The notes beneath the pieces are model-generated. The model was not told where the DNA came from. It saw nothing but the letters and a program-made list of their open reading frames with translations, and searched no databases. A program made the translations under genes and the position numbers. A stretch of 64,000 nt of DNA from Chrysomallon squamiferum (Eukaryota > Animalia > Mollusca): assembly GCA_012295275.1 (NCBI GenBank), contig CM022671.1:1054001-1118000 (forward strand), given 5' to 3'. Positions within the stretch are counted from its first letter, which is position 1; each line of letters starts with the position of its first letter. Positions 33,001 through 47,200 of the stretch are shown here, piece after piece.

Positions 33001-36000
33001 AGAGGTGCAGAAAGAGCAGGTGCAGGTGAAAGCAGGTTTAGCACGTTTGGCACTTTCTGAGAGGAGTCTTGCTGCCACACAGGAAACAAAAGAAAAGCTT
33101 TCATTCACGTAACAGCCAGAAACTCCTGCTGGGCTTACTGACAAACAAGTTTTCTATCTGCTACTGAAGAAATCAGTCTCAGAAATGTTTATCAGTAGCA
33201 GTAGTACATTTACTTGTTTCTACATTTGTTAAGTGCTGTCAACAATGATGCCAATTTTTGAAAATTATAGTTCTTTGCATATTATTACGTTTTTAAAATT
33301 CTTTGCATAATTAGATATCAGATATCATTAAAAAGTCATATAAAAACCAAAAAAACCTCTCTGTTTGTTCCATTTCTTTATGAGGCAATGTTCAGAAAAA
33401 TTAGACAAAACTTCTACAATAGTATTGTTTACAGCAATAAAACTAATCTCTGATTTATCAGCATTTGTTTTTAGTAAATACTTCCAAATGTCTAGACATC
33501 ATAAATTTAAATTAGTCTCTGGTACATTCAAAACTGGATGTAAACAAACCACAACAGTGACAGACTGAGCTTTTTTAAATGAAGGCTTTTGAAAGAAGCC
33601 AGTTCTTTGTAGACCACTGTTGAAATCATGTGGAACACAGCAGACACATGCAAAGACTATTTCACCAAACATTACACACAACTTTAAAGCACTGGAAATG
33701 AAAGAAACTCTGTATATTAATTTAAGCTTGTAAAATAATCAAGGAAATAATGCTCACCAGATTCTGTTGCAATTAATAATAAAGACAAACTTGTATGAAA
33801 CAGATTTACTAGGACAGACTGTAAAAAGATCTTCATCGTTAAATGAAGCTGTAAATTAGATGTGTAAAAACAAAAACAAACAAACAAACAAAAAAGAGAA
33901 CTCAAAGAAAAGAATTATGGTTATAAGTGCTTAATCAGAATCTCTTTGTTGTCAGTTGAAACTTTTCAGAGGTCTTTCCCAAAATGGTGGAAACAGGAAA
34001 TAATTTAAAAAAGAACAACTTACTTCTAAACATACAAGTCACCCTTTTGAAGTAGAAATGCCTTGAAGAAAAGCTGAATAACAAAATTACTTACTAACCA
34101 TAATTTTTATATGACATCTTTGTAAATTAAGTATGACAGCTTGACTTCTGAAAGTTTGATTTGTTTTGAGAAAAACCAGGAAGACAAAACATTTAAACAT
34201 ATGGAGCATTCATCAGTGCATGTGTTGAGTGTGGCTACATGTTTTCACAAGAGATGATCCACTGTAAACAAATGCACTTCCACACATGTTCACTTCTCAC
34301 AGCCTTCTTTCATGCAAAACACAGCTAATATCAGTCAGTGACAGAGAAAAGACATCATGCTGCTTCTAACATGATGCAAGATAATATTTACTTTAAATGC
34401 AAGACATGGGCTGTTCTTTTTCACATAATGCAAATTCATTCAAAGTAAAGGCTTTAAAACACTTCCATTATGATGCTACAGAAGCACAGAAAAACCCTTA
34501 ACATTTGTATTTTTTCCTATCAGTCATAGTTTCAGGGGCAGCCAATCTGCATTCTTATTATGAACAATATAAATAGGAAGTATTACTTTCGCAGCTAAGA
34601 AGTAGTCATGCTCAGTATTAGATGTGGAATATTTGTTTAAAAAGCTCATTTGAGGGGGAAGCTTTTTTCAAATCTATGTAGGACAATTGGTAGCTGTCTT
34701 GAAGTAAAATTAAACAGTAATATAATTTGTGTTAGAATACAGCACCACAATGCCTTTAGCTGTGGTGCCTTTATTCCATAGAAAAGTTGATTTTTTAATT
34801 ACTTGTGTTTTTGATCTTTTATCTCTTAAAACATAACCAACAAATATTTTCAATTGAACACTGCTTCCAACATATGTTATTAAAGAAAAGAACCCTTTGT
34901 TTCAAGATAATAAGCTGATTACTAGATGCCAATCAAAAACAGAAGACAAACAGTACTTCTATGACACACAAGCTTTCGGAAGTCTTCTTTCAGCAAGCAT
35001 GTTCATTTCTGTGCATTTTATTATTATTATTACTTGTTTAATTTATAAAATTACATAAATTATTATTTCATACACTAGATGTTTTTTTAACCACACCTCC
35101 AGCCTTCCTGTGCATGTATGTGTGTGTATATACAAGATGAAACAGCTTACCAAAAATTTAATCTACCTACATCCAATCCTGCAACAAATGTTCATGTTTA
35201 CTTCAGGGTGAAAGCAAATACTATCACATATATTTTTATCTCCCAGTCTGTTATTCCACACCTGGACTGAGGTAATTGGTGAAAAAAACATGTTTAGTGA
35301 CTCCTCATGTATCTTATTTCATCTGACAGGTGTACACAAAGCCTTTACCTTTTTTGTAATCTTGTTTGTTTGGTACGTAAAATAGATGAAGTAACAATAT
35401 TAGCATCTAACATTTTCATCAGGATTATAAAGCTTTTGTCGACTGAATATTTTAACTTTTTCACTTTACTCTATTTAACAAACACTAAAAGTAATTTTAC
35501 AAGTTTATTCCTGCTTCTGAAAACTACTGGACACATGCTAAATTATTTAATAAAATGACTTATTAACGTGTTTTCCATAAAGCTTTTCCTGCCTACAACC
35601 AGTTTATAATTATGATCCACCTGGTCACTCAGTGCAGAACAGAACATTAAAACTGGACATTACGGCCAAGTATCTGAATGGCAGCATCATTGATTACTGA
35701 CCCTCCACTGAAATAACTAAATTAAAATTGTATACAGGTCTTCAGAAGAGAATAATCTTATTTGCGCATGCACAAATTGTATAATGTAGCTTTTGTATTG
35801 ATTTTCCCAATCCGGCTCAATTTGTTAGTGAATGGTCCATTACAATGTTTTACTGACAATCTGGCCAACTAGAGTTAAATGTGTTAACAATATTTCTTAC
35901 CACAGGGACCTCTAGTGTAATACAGAGTGAAAAGATATTACAAGTAACACACACACTCTAAGTTACAAAGAAAAAAAACCAAGAAAATAATCAGTTTAAC

Positions 36001-39000
36001 TTTACCAACATAACAAATTTAGAAAAAAAACCCAGAAAACACAAAGAAAAAAAAAAAAAAAAAACCTTCATATTCAAAGACCATTTTATCCAATAAGATT
36101 TTAAAACAGTTTTTTCTGCATATTAATTATGTATTTATTATTTTGTTCCAAATTGTACTGGCGGAAATAAACAAAAATATCTTTTAAAAAAAAACAACAA
36201 AACAACAAAACCAACAAAAAAAACCAAACACAACCAAAAGAAATGTATTAAAATTGAATATTTTAGAAGTGAAAACAAATTCAGTAAAACAGATTTTACT
36301 TTCAATTTCCTTTGCTAGTGATTACTAATATAAAATAATCAAGACCAAAAACAAAACAAAAATCACATTTCTTATTCAACTACTCAGAATGAACTATTGT
36401 AATATGGAGACCTAAACCAGAGACTTGCAATTACTTATGTTACACCCATTTCATGCTCTTTACATTCTTTCATCTTGAATGATTTTATAACTGCTTTTTA
36501 TACTGCAGCTAAGATGAACCATGTGTGTTTATTGGTGTGGTCAACCCATGATGAATTCCACTTTAACACAGAGGCTGCTTTCCTGCCTTCCACAGTTTAG
36601 CTATTACAGAGTGTATCTGGATACAATTCGGTTAAATGATTTAACATTTTAATTACAACTATACAAAAAAAAAAAAAAAATTGGCTTCAAAAAAAATAAA
36701 AATAAATATCAAACATTTTATCAATAAAAAGGAGAACATATTTGCTATCAGTTTTTAATTTTTCAAATTATCATATTTCAGATAATGAAAACATTTTTAA
36801 TACATAATTTCAAGATGTTAGTTTTAAAATAAAGAATTGTTGAAAATATCATTTGCAATAACAGTTTAAGATTGCTGTATTTCATTAATAATATTCATTT
36901 GTATTTTGTGGTCCTCAATACAGCATTTGATCAAAGCCAGTTATAAATATGACTTTATTATTATTGTCAGAGATGTTATTAGTAACTGTGTTTTTCACCT
37001 GGTGTCTAGAATAACAGCCTGTGACGCACTCACTGACATTACTGAACTGTGTCTAGGAAATACAACCATTATGAACCTGTCATCCCCTGACCTTTACACA
37101 ACAAGTGGGGCTGAAACATTCTGAATTAACACTGCTGGTGTAAAAAATGACATTTTCCTTACTGACACCTGTTTAAACTGTGTCATAAATAGGACATCCA
37201 TTCAAAGTGTTTGTTGATTTTAACTAACACCACAATAGTTTCTTCATGACACTTCATGCAAAAAAAAAAAACAAACAAGAAACCACACACACACACATAC
37301 AAATAAAAGATTTAGGCCTAAAATCTAAATAGCAAGAATGTGCCTATTTAATCTATGTGACAAAATCTGGAAATGTCAAATATATCCAAACATCTAATGC
37401 ATATACATATTTCGGTTTGTTTGCTGTTTCTTTATTCTTATAGCTAATCAAATAATCAAGTAGTGTATCAAGAATTCTAGTCATCAATCAAAGCTGAGAT
37501 ATAGTGACAAATCATTTGATAGTGTGTGCTCTGGGTCAAAATGTCTGTTGGTTTTCACTCTCCTGTGAAACACAAGGTCACAAGCATCTCCTGCAATAAA
37601 CTTTTTTTTTTTTGCCCCTCACAAAGGTCAGTATATTTTTGCACCCTGTAATCTGAATCTTGTACATGGAGACATTACTCTAGATTGTGGTATCTGTGAG
37701 ACTGTCACAAAAAATAACAGGCTTTTTATGAAGGTCTAGCACAACTGCAAATGTTTCATCACTTCTGACTGCAAGAGTGGCAGCAGATACAAGAAATCAA
37801 GTTATCAGATCTGCCTGTCACCATATCCCAGAGGAAAGCAATCAACTCCTACCACCCACCGAGATTGTAAAACACACAGATAATGAAGGACAAGGCATCC
37901 ATATTTTACACCGAAGAAATGCTTCAGCACAAGCTGCTACTGTTTGTGTTTTTAAATGACAAAGATTTAAACTATTTCGGTTGAATGTTTCACTGTAATT
38001 AATAGCTGGTTCCTAAAGCTGTTTCAAAGTCTAGTAAAAGAGATGTCTGTTTAGACGTTTTTTTTAAAGATTTTGAAAGCATTTTATTTCAAAATCTTGA
38101 AAAAGTTTAGCAAAGTCACTTCATAAGAATTTTGTAAACTGTATTAAGTATACATAATATACATCCTGTATCAATGAATGATCTTTGAATTTTCAAAATT
38201 TGAGAAAAACAAAAATAAGTTATCAGTTCAGTAAGTCAGAATGGAATCATTTTCTATGCAGCCAAAAGATAAGGACAAATTGAAAAAATCAGGCAATGTT
38301 TAAAATTCTTATCATAATACTAGAGTGATCATCTACAACCCTGTTGGAAATAATATTCAGATCCCTTTTTCTTTATTACCATAATTTTTTTTTTTTTATT
38401 GAAAATAAGAATAAAAATAAGTAAGAAAAATAAACTAAAGCTATGTTTAAAAATTATTATTATTATTTATTTATTTATTAACTTTTTTTAACCTCAGCAT
38501 GACTTCATTTATTTCATTTATGATTAGTATCAGATGAGGTTAGAATTCATCAATTTCTTTTTAGTATAATTAAAAACATACAACATTTCTGGATAAGGTA
38601 ACACACAATTAAAACAAAACCAGAAGAATTTAAACTTACATTAAAATGCCAAGTTTGATTTTTATTAATGTTTGGTCGTAACTGGTCAAACCTTTTTGTT
38701 CACTGGCTGGTCAGTACTAATAAGAATATTTTCATTTCTACTTGACTGTACTGATAAAACTACTGCCCTGTCTGTTGGTACGAATTGTTCCTAAGTACAA
38801 CAAACACAAGTAATGCAATTATCTCTTGTTCAGGACAGGCAGTTAAAAGCAGAACATTTATTTCAAGAGACTGCAAGTTATTCACAACTAGGCTTACTGT
38901 CAAGAATAAACTGATTGTTTCTGTCTAGGTAAATGAAGTAAGCAGTTTTTCACTTACCTCGCATGTTTTTTATGAAATCCTCCAGTTTCATTTTTCGTTC

Positions 39001-41207
39001 TGGTTTGATGTTTTTGTTGTGTAGGTCAGTGTTGAGCATGATGATGGCAAACGCCAGTAAAAAGATTGTGTCAGGGTTCTTGAAGTACTTCATCTGATCA
39101 GGATTACAGATACAGTAGTGAGATGCAAAAGCCTAGAAGATAAATAATAATCAAATAAATAAACTAATCCTTAATGCACATGTACCAAAAATATTTTTTT
39201 ATTCTTAAATGATTTGAGCAACAAGTATTTTATTTGCACCTATCCAGTGCACACTGAGAAGAATAGATTCAGCAGCTTAATAAGATACAGTCCTTTAATT
39301 TCTGAACTGGAATAATTGTGTTTTTTTTTAACATTATTTTGATTATTCTGTTCTGAATTAAAGTACAGCATATAATATAAGGAGTGCAAATACAGTATCA
39401 TAAACAATTGATGAAAAAAAAAAAAAAAAAAAAAAATCCCTGGTCAGCTGGCTAAATGCTTACAACCATTGCTTTTTTTTTTTTTTTTTTTAAATAAAAA
39501 ATTTACAAGAAAGGGAAGATTATAAAGAAGCTGCAAAAAAGATTATTTTAAAGTAAGAACGCTATTAACATGTGCAGCCTATGTGATAAATGAGACATTA
39601 ATGGCAAAAACAATGTCTAGGATTTTGTGGGAAACATATTTTTTTTAAAAGCAGATTTTATATGTTGATGAACTCATGTAGCTACTGATAAGAGTAACAG
39701 CATAAAGGAACTAATAATTATATTTGTACTGATACAATCACAACAGAACTGGTTATTAAATGAACGAATAAATACACATGTTGAAATAAATGTAATATAC
39801 TGAAATAATAGCACAAGCACATTGGAACCAGCCAGTACTGGTGTCCAAACAATCTGTTCACTAATAAAGTGAGTCATGCTATATTAAGAAATTAAAAACA
39901 TAAAAAAAATAAAGTACAGGCATTACCAGTCCATTTTCAACATATGACCTTGTAAACATGTAAAAGCTAAATATAGTATTTACAATTCTTTCATAGCAAA
40001 TGTTCATATTAATAAAAACAACAATAATAATTAAAGAAATCTAAATTAAGAATTCAGAATACATGTTTAAACACCTACCTCCATTAACCTTTCTATTTTC
40101 TGAGCTTCACCCTATAAAAAAATTATTTTAAAAAATTAATACTACATCATTCCTTGTTCTTATTAAAGTAGCAAATATGTATTTATTACTTGTTAAAAAA
40201 AAATGCCAATCTTTAACAATTATTAACAATAAACAATAAGATTCTATAAATAAATAAATAAATAAATAAATAGGTAATAATATAAAAAGGGATTTTGGGG
40301 GTATTTTCTGTAAAAAAAACACCCAACAAAAACAAAAAAACAACAACAAACAAAAACAATATGACTATGTTGGTTTGCCATGATTATATATAATGAACAT
40401 AGAATTTTGAAAATCAAGTAATTGTTTTTACTAAATGGTATTTGTAGTTTAATACTTACAGGCATTCTAAAATAGGATTGATATTTTCTGAGTGCAACAT
40501 CAACTTGAAGTCCAGAGAGATCAATTTCTTCAGTAAAGTAACTGAAAAATAAAATAAACAAATAAAAAAAATGAAAAATGAAAAATTAAATTAATAATAA
40601 TAATAAAAAATAAAATAAATATCTGTATTAATAAATGAATATTTAAAAAAATTATATCAATAATACTCTACTGTAATAACTGTAAATAAGTAAAAAAAAT
40701 AATAATAATAAGAAGAAAAATAACAAAACAAAAAATAAAGAAAAATAAATATTCTTTTTATTATAAACCCCAAAACAATCCCCATAAACATTTACTTATA
40801 TTTCCATTCAATCAAAAAAAACCAAACAAAAAAACCCCCAAAACCCCATTAAATAAAATGTTCTCTTATTCATATTTACTGCTGGCTAGGTGTATATTAT
40901 TCCATTATATTTAAGTATCTTCATAATAAATGCTGAATTAAATGTGCAACATACATTTATATTTTGAGCAGCAAAATATTTTAAAATAACACTAATTTTT
41001 TTTTTACTTACAAGATGTTATTTAGCAGGTATTAAAGCTCTCTTTTTGCTAACTGTTAATGAGATAGGGCAGAACTAATTTGGATACAAGCACAAAAGAC
41101 TAACCACTAAACCATAAAACACAAAAATAAATTAATTTATCTACATTCTTATTTAATGAAATTCACTCAGAAATAGGTAATAAACTATCAAATATACAAG
41201 TATTCAT

Positions 41208-41277
<70 letters not shown>

Positions 41278-44200
41278 ATCTGAAGTACAGACACAGATAA
41301 ATTAATTCACCTACATTCATGTTTCTTTCTCACTGATTAAATTAAGTGAAAACAGCCATCAGTCACTTTCAATTAATGACCATCTCAAAGAATCTTCAGG
41401 CTGTTTTCCCCTGAAGCATCTAACATGAAGCTTTATGGTAGTCATTGATTGTTGGCAAGTGGTTTCATTGGTTATCATACAAGATCAACAATAATTATTT
41501 CTCTAACTTACAAAAAGAACTGACTGACAACCTGCTACAAATGTTTCAGTCTTACTTTCCTGCTATAACATTTTATTACAGGAATCACTTGAATAGAAAA
41601 CTATTAATATGGGCCACACATAAATGTAATCTGGATTATATAGAACTACTGTTTTCTTGTTTTGTTAATATATCTGTTCCTTTCTATTTTTTTATTCTAC
41701 TTCTGCTCTTTTACAAAAGCTCCCACATGGCTCTGTTATTCATCCAGATTTATGGTTTATTTTGTTTTGTTAAGAAGGAACCACTCATAGGCACTTATGT
41801 CAAAACAACAGCCTTATCAATATATACTACTTTTCAAGCTAATAAAAATTCTCAACATCTGGGTTTTTTAATCTAACTGAAAAATATTCATTTTGTGAAC
41901 TTTTTTTTAATACTTTTTTTTAAAGTAAAAACCTGAAATCATCATTATTCTTAAATTCAAAACAAAATAAATTAATATTTTCTAGAACAAGAAAAACAGA
42001 ATAAAATGCCCATAAATTAATTTTACTGAAAACATTTGAAAAGCATGTCAAGCATCAATTATTTATTTAAATCCAGCAAAAGATTGTCTTGAAGAAAACA
42101 AGCTAATTAGCATGACAAAGGCTTTAGGATAAGGTTCCATCTGAAAAGATTTCTACATCATGAATAATAACCTGTAACTAAGCTAACTGCTAATTTTCAA
42201 ATATGTCAATTTTGTCATCATCCAGTCTAAGGCTGTTGAGTTCTTGAGATGATGAACATTTAATTTATTCTACATGAAACAATCTGTGAAATTCAGGATC
42301 GAATTACTTGGCAGGTCATAAAGTTTAAGCATTCAGCAGACCAGAGGGGTTTCAAAATGAGCTCCTGTTGACAGCAGTATGTTTGACTGGCTGCACTCAC
42401 TGATGTTAATTTTTGTGATTGTCAGGCAAAATTGCCATTATTCCTCATACACATTGTGAAAAGTAATTATATGTTATTTCTGTAATTTGTGTATCACATC
42501 AAAAACTCAGTGGCAGCTAAACTCAAGGATCTTTGTTTTGATCACTTTTGAAATCTTTTCTAAACAAATAAATTGAAATAATTTCACATTTAAATGTATT
42601 TAATGAAATTAAAACTGAAGTACTCCTAAACACATAAAAATACAAAACATAATGTTTTACATATTATTTTTATTATTAAAAAACAAAAAACTCCCCACAT
42701 TCTGTTAGAATATTGAATATAAATGACAGCCTGGCCACACTTTAAACAGGACTGAATGTTATGTTAACCTATAATGGCTAAGTACTGAATAGCAAGTGAG
42801 AAATGAAGTAGAGGGAGCCAGTCAGTGATACTTGTTCTTAATGTCTTGTTTTGGTTTTAACTTCATAGAAGTATGTTGTTCAAAATATTTTTAAAATGTG
42901 CATGACATGAAAACAATTAATTTTATAAATGATAAATGATAAATGTAGTACAATTTCAATCGAGATATTAACATTCTGGAAATAACACACGGTCACAAAT
43001 AGCTTCCATCAATTACTATCAACATTTTAATAGGTCAAGTCTTTATAATGCCATTAAAATACCAGCTGGACATGTGAAAGTTAAGCCATCTGGAAAAACC
43101 AGCCATTATCTAAATCTTTATTTGCAGCAATAAACATATTGTGCCTTGAATGACCAGCCCATTTCTTCTAAAATCTCCAACTCTTACTGACCAGTGATGC
43201 TGGTATTACTATTTAATTTCATATTAATAACAACAAACAATGAATGTAGCGGTCAACAGGTCACACACTTGATGACCATGGAAAATAACATTACATTTTT
43301 CTTTCAAGGGTAGGTAAACTGGATCTGTTTGACCAAGGAGGTTACACAGCTTTAGTACAGACATTATAATAAATAATTATCTATTAAGATCATTCAAATT
43401 TCTAAGATACTGAGTAGACGCAGTTAGTTTCACTGGAAAACAGGTTCTCCAGGAGAAAAACAACAACTCTGTGGGGATAACCCATTGATGCCATTAATAT
43501 GATAAAGATGCTTTCTCATGCCATCCTGAAACAGCTTGCATAGAGAGAGATGAAATGGATAACCACAAATGTAGTTTTCTTGTCATCATAAAACAACAGA
43601 GGACAGAAAGCCATTTGCCTAGCATAATAATGTTTCTGAACATACAAGTATCGTGGCAAATTTCCAAGTCATAAAATAAGATTGTAAAATATAATATATC
43701 TCTATATGTGTGAGAGAGACATTGAAATGAAAAAACCAGGAAAAAAAGAAAATTATTTTTTAAAATCTCAATTACTCAAGAAATAAAATAGCTAATAGTA
43801 ATGTCAGAAGAAAAAAGTAAAGATAAAAAGGAAATGTTGTCACCATCAAAACTTAAACAACTTTTTAGAACAAAATGTAAAAGGACCAAAATACAGATCA
43901 CTAAATCTAACATGTCTGTGTCCACTTATTATGGTACTTAAAGGTTTAAGTAATGTAAAATCACACCAAGACACATTACAAAGAAAACATCCTATCAAGT
44001 TACATAACTGGCTTGAAACTGCTGCTACCTGATGTATTTAGCATCAAAGAGCCAGGAACAGCTGTGATCAAAACTGCTGATCTTTTAAATGATGATGGAA
44101 TTCTTTGCCTGCACTTTGATCTTTCTCACCGTAAAAGCCAGTCTTGATGAACATTCATTACATAAAAAAGAACTGCAGTTTTTTGGTAATGGATAAAATA

Positions 44201-47200
44201 ACATCAAATCTCATCACATGTTATTATGGAAAACATTAAAATACAGTTCTCTGAAACATGAAATGTATTGTAAAAATTGTGCAGTTTTACTATATTTTTG
44301 TAGGACCAGACAGAATGTTACTTTTAAAAAAAGCACACACAGACTTGAAACTCACATGCACATTTTCTTCACTCAGACAATGCCTACAGAAATGAATACA
44401 GAAGCCACATCACTGTGAGATAAAAGACTGAACAGAGACTCATTTCTTGACTTTAGGTATTAAAAATCAATGGAAATCATATTCTTTTATAGCAACTTAA
44501 GTGAGGTGCTTAAAGACCCCCAGCAAACAAATGCAATAATGATTCCATGCTTCTTCTCAAGGCCTGTCTCGTTCTCTGTCAGGGACTGCTGTTTGGTGTG
44601 AACTTTCTGCTGCTATGCACTGGCACATTTGGTGTTGCTATTGATCCTTGTTTGAATGAAGTATTAGCTATAATGATGATTTTTTTTTTTTCCCCATTTA
44701 ATATTTTTATTTAAAATGTTTGACTCTGAAAATGGACTGCTTCGCACTAATTTTAGCTAAATTCAAAAACATGCACAATCATATTAATGTATTTACACTT
44801 TTTATTCTTTTTAAATGTTATATTTTACCTGTTTTAATGAAAATGTTTTACTGACCTCTAAATCAGAATATTTTTAAATCCCACTTTTTTGTTTTTCTGA
44901 AGCTAAACATAATATTACAGTTTAAATAAATTAGATTTTTATAAATCACTTTAACTTAAAGAAAGAAAAGAAAATATTACGCTTGAGTGTGTAACCTTTA
45001 CAAAACATGTGGAGCATTCATAGTCTACTCAGATGGGAGGGCAAACATTCAGAGAACTGAAACAAGCCAACATGATTAACTTCAGAACAATTTCTCTTTA
45101 AAACACAAAACATTCTTAGTGAGCTGTATGAATCTATTTTTTTTTCATTCAAATCTTTTTATAAATATATTGTAGTATACTGTTGACTTATTTCTTACCA
45201 ACATTTATGTAGCTTTGGTAATATTTCGGCTTAGAAATACATGTGTATGATGTTTTTGTTCTTTTACACTGCAAATCAATAAATCTGAGATAAAAATAGG
45301 GATTAAAAAAGGGGGGAAAAAAGGTATGACAATTGGCAATGATTGAAGAGTTCTGTTCTTGGTACTGATTTTTCTCATTTTACCCAGTGTCTGTGGTATG
45401 TGTATAAAGGAGAGTATACTTTCACAATACTTAATGATTCTAGCAACAAGAACAGCACATAAAAATGGAAGCAGTAGGTTTCAACTTTCATGTATCTTTT
45501 TCAAAATCATGTCTGATCTCTGATAACGAGTAATGAAAAATACACTGAGATGCTGTCAAACATTCATTTATTGGTGTGCTGAGGAAACTGTTTTGCTGCT
45601 TATCATTTCAAGTACGTTGATATTTTACTGAGATGAATGAAAGATGTTCATCCATCTTCACATTACCAGAGTAGTTAAAATGTTCAATGTCAGTAACACA
45701 TATCTCCTCATCAACACCTGCAGAGATTGGTGAAATTTTTTTCTTTTTTTTTTTAGACTAAAATAGGAATAAAAAAATAAAAATTCTTAAGAGATAGCCA
45801 GTTCCTAGGCAGGTGTAAAACGTGCATGTGTTAAAGAGAAAGACAGAATCAACAAAGCCACGCGACTGAAGATCTCAACAACCCATGACTGAAAGACATT
45901 TCCTAGTAAGCAATATCTCAGATGTGCACAGTAAATCTTGTACAGTGATGTGAAAAACACAATGAAAAACTCACAGAATAATGGACACTTTTACTTTTTT
46001 TTTTAATGTGTTAAATTAATGATGTTATGCTGAGCGTTTTAAAGTTTTAGACACAAAAGAAAATCAGAAGAAATAAAAAATTAAACAAGAAATGTCATAT
46101 TAATTACACAAACACAAAAAAAGAGATTTTGTTTAGCACTATAGAAAGGACTAAGAAGGACAGAGGCATATTTCAAAATGTTTAAATGTTTTAATATTTA
46201 ATGTAGGAAAACAACAACAACAACACACATTTTCTAAAAGGTCACAACACTGTGAGGATTAAAAAAAATGTTTTCGAAAGACTCAAGTTCACATTTAACA
46301 CACCTTCTGAATTAATGTTAAAAACAAGAAAAGAACTTGTATATAAAATTGCCTACTTTGTATGAACAAAGCTGATCAAGATTATTATTAAAATGTCAAA
46401 AGTATTACAGCATCAAACAAGCCCATTTCCATTAATAAATTCTAATAATCTGTGACATTTTCTATGAAACCACAAAAGAAATGTGTAGGCGTCTTGATTT
46501 TGTAATCTTTTCATCTGTTAGCACATAATTATATCATTCTGACAAAACACAAAGCTTCTTCCATGGTATGGTTATGGGGGGGAGAAAGAAAAGAAAAAAG
46601 AACAAGGAAAAAAAGGAACAAAGTTGAGGAAAAAAACAGAGAAATGAGAAACGTACAAAAGTTTTAAAATGGCAGATTTTTCTTTACTATATCCCTGACT
46701 GGGAGGATTACGTGGTATTGACTGTCTTAAGTATGACAAGATATCACTAAGAATCTTTTTCTCTGAGGAAATGATCACATAGGGGGGCAACTGAAAAGAA
46801 CCCTGTTTAAAAAATGAATGAGCAATTTAAGAAGAAAAAAAAATTAAGATGAAAAAAACCTGCCAGAAGACAATGACAGCTTCACACTCCCATTAAAAAT
46901 TAACACTGTTAGTCATGCACACGCATTGATTCCAGCGGAGAAATCGAGCTCACAGACTCCGACCAAATATATCAATTGCCTTATTGAATAATGACGTGCC
47001 ACTGCTGAACTGAAGTCGAAGGAAAGAAAGCATCAATTATACTTGAAGAGCAACACTTAGAGAAAGCTCTCCTTAACAGCACTTGTTCATCCCTAGAGCT
47101 TTTACAACACCAGACCCCTAGAAAGGTGACACTCTTTACACGTGCCTCCGAGAGATACCACCCACTTTCAGAGTGGGACTCAAACATCTGTTCAAAGCAT

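Noticed and set aside
35167-35178. Possible 12-nt IQSEC microexon (ttgcag|GATTGGATGTAG|gtagat)
   Set aside because: It would insert residues into the conserved Sec7 NMRGIDDG motif, and there is no independent support.
41445-41876. 143-aa plus-strand ORF in an IQSEC intron
   Set aside because: Non-ATG start, AT-rich intron-like composition, no motif.
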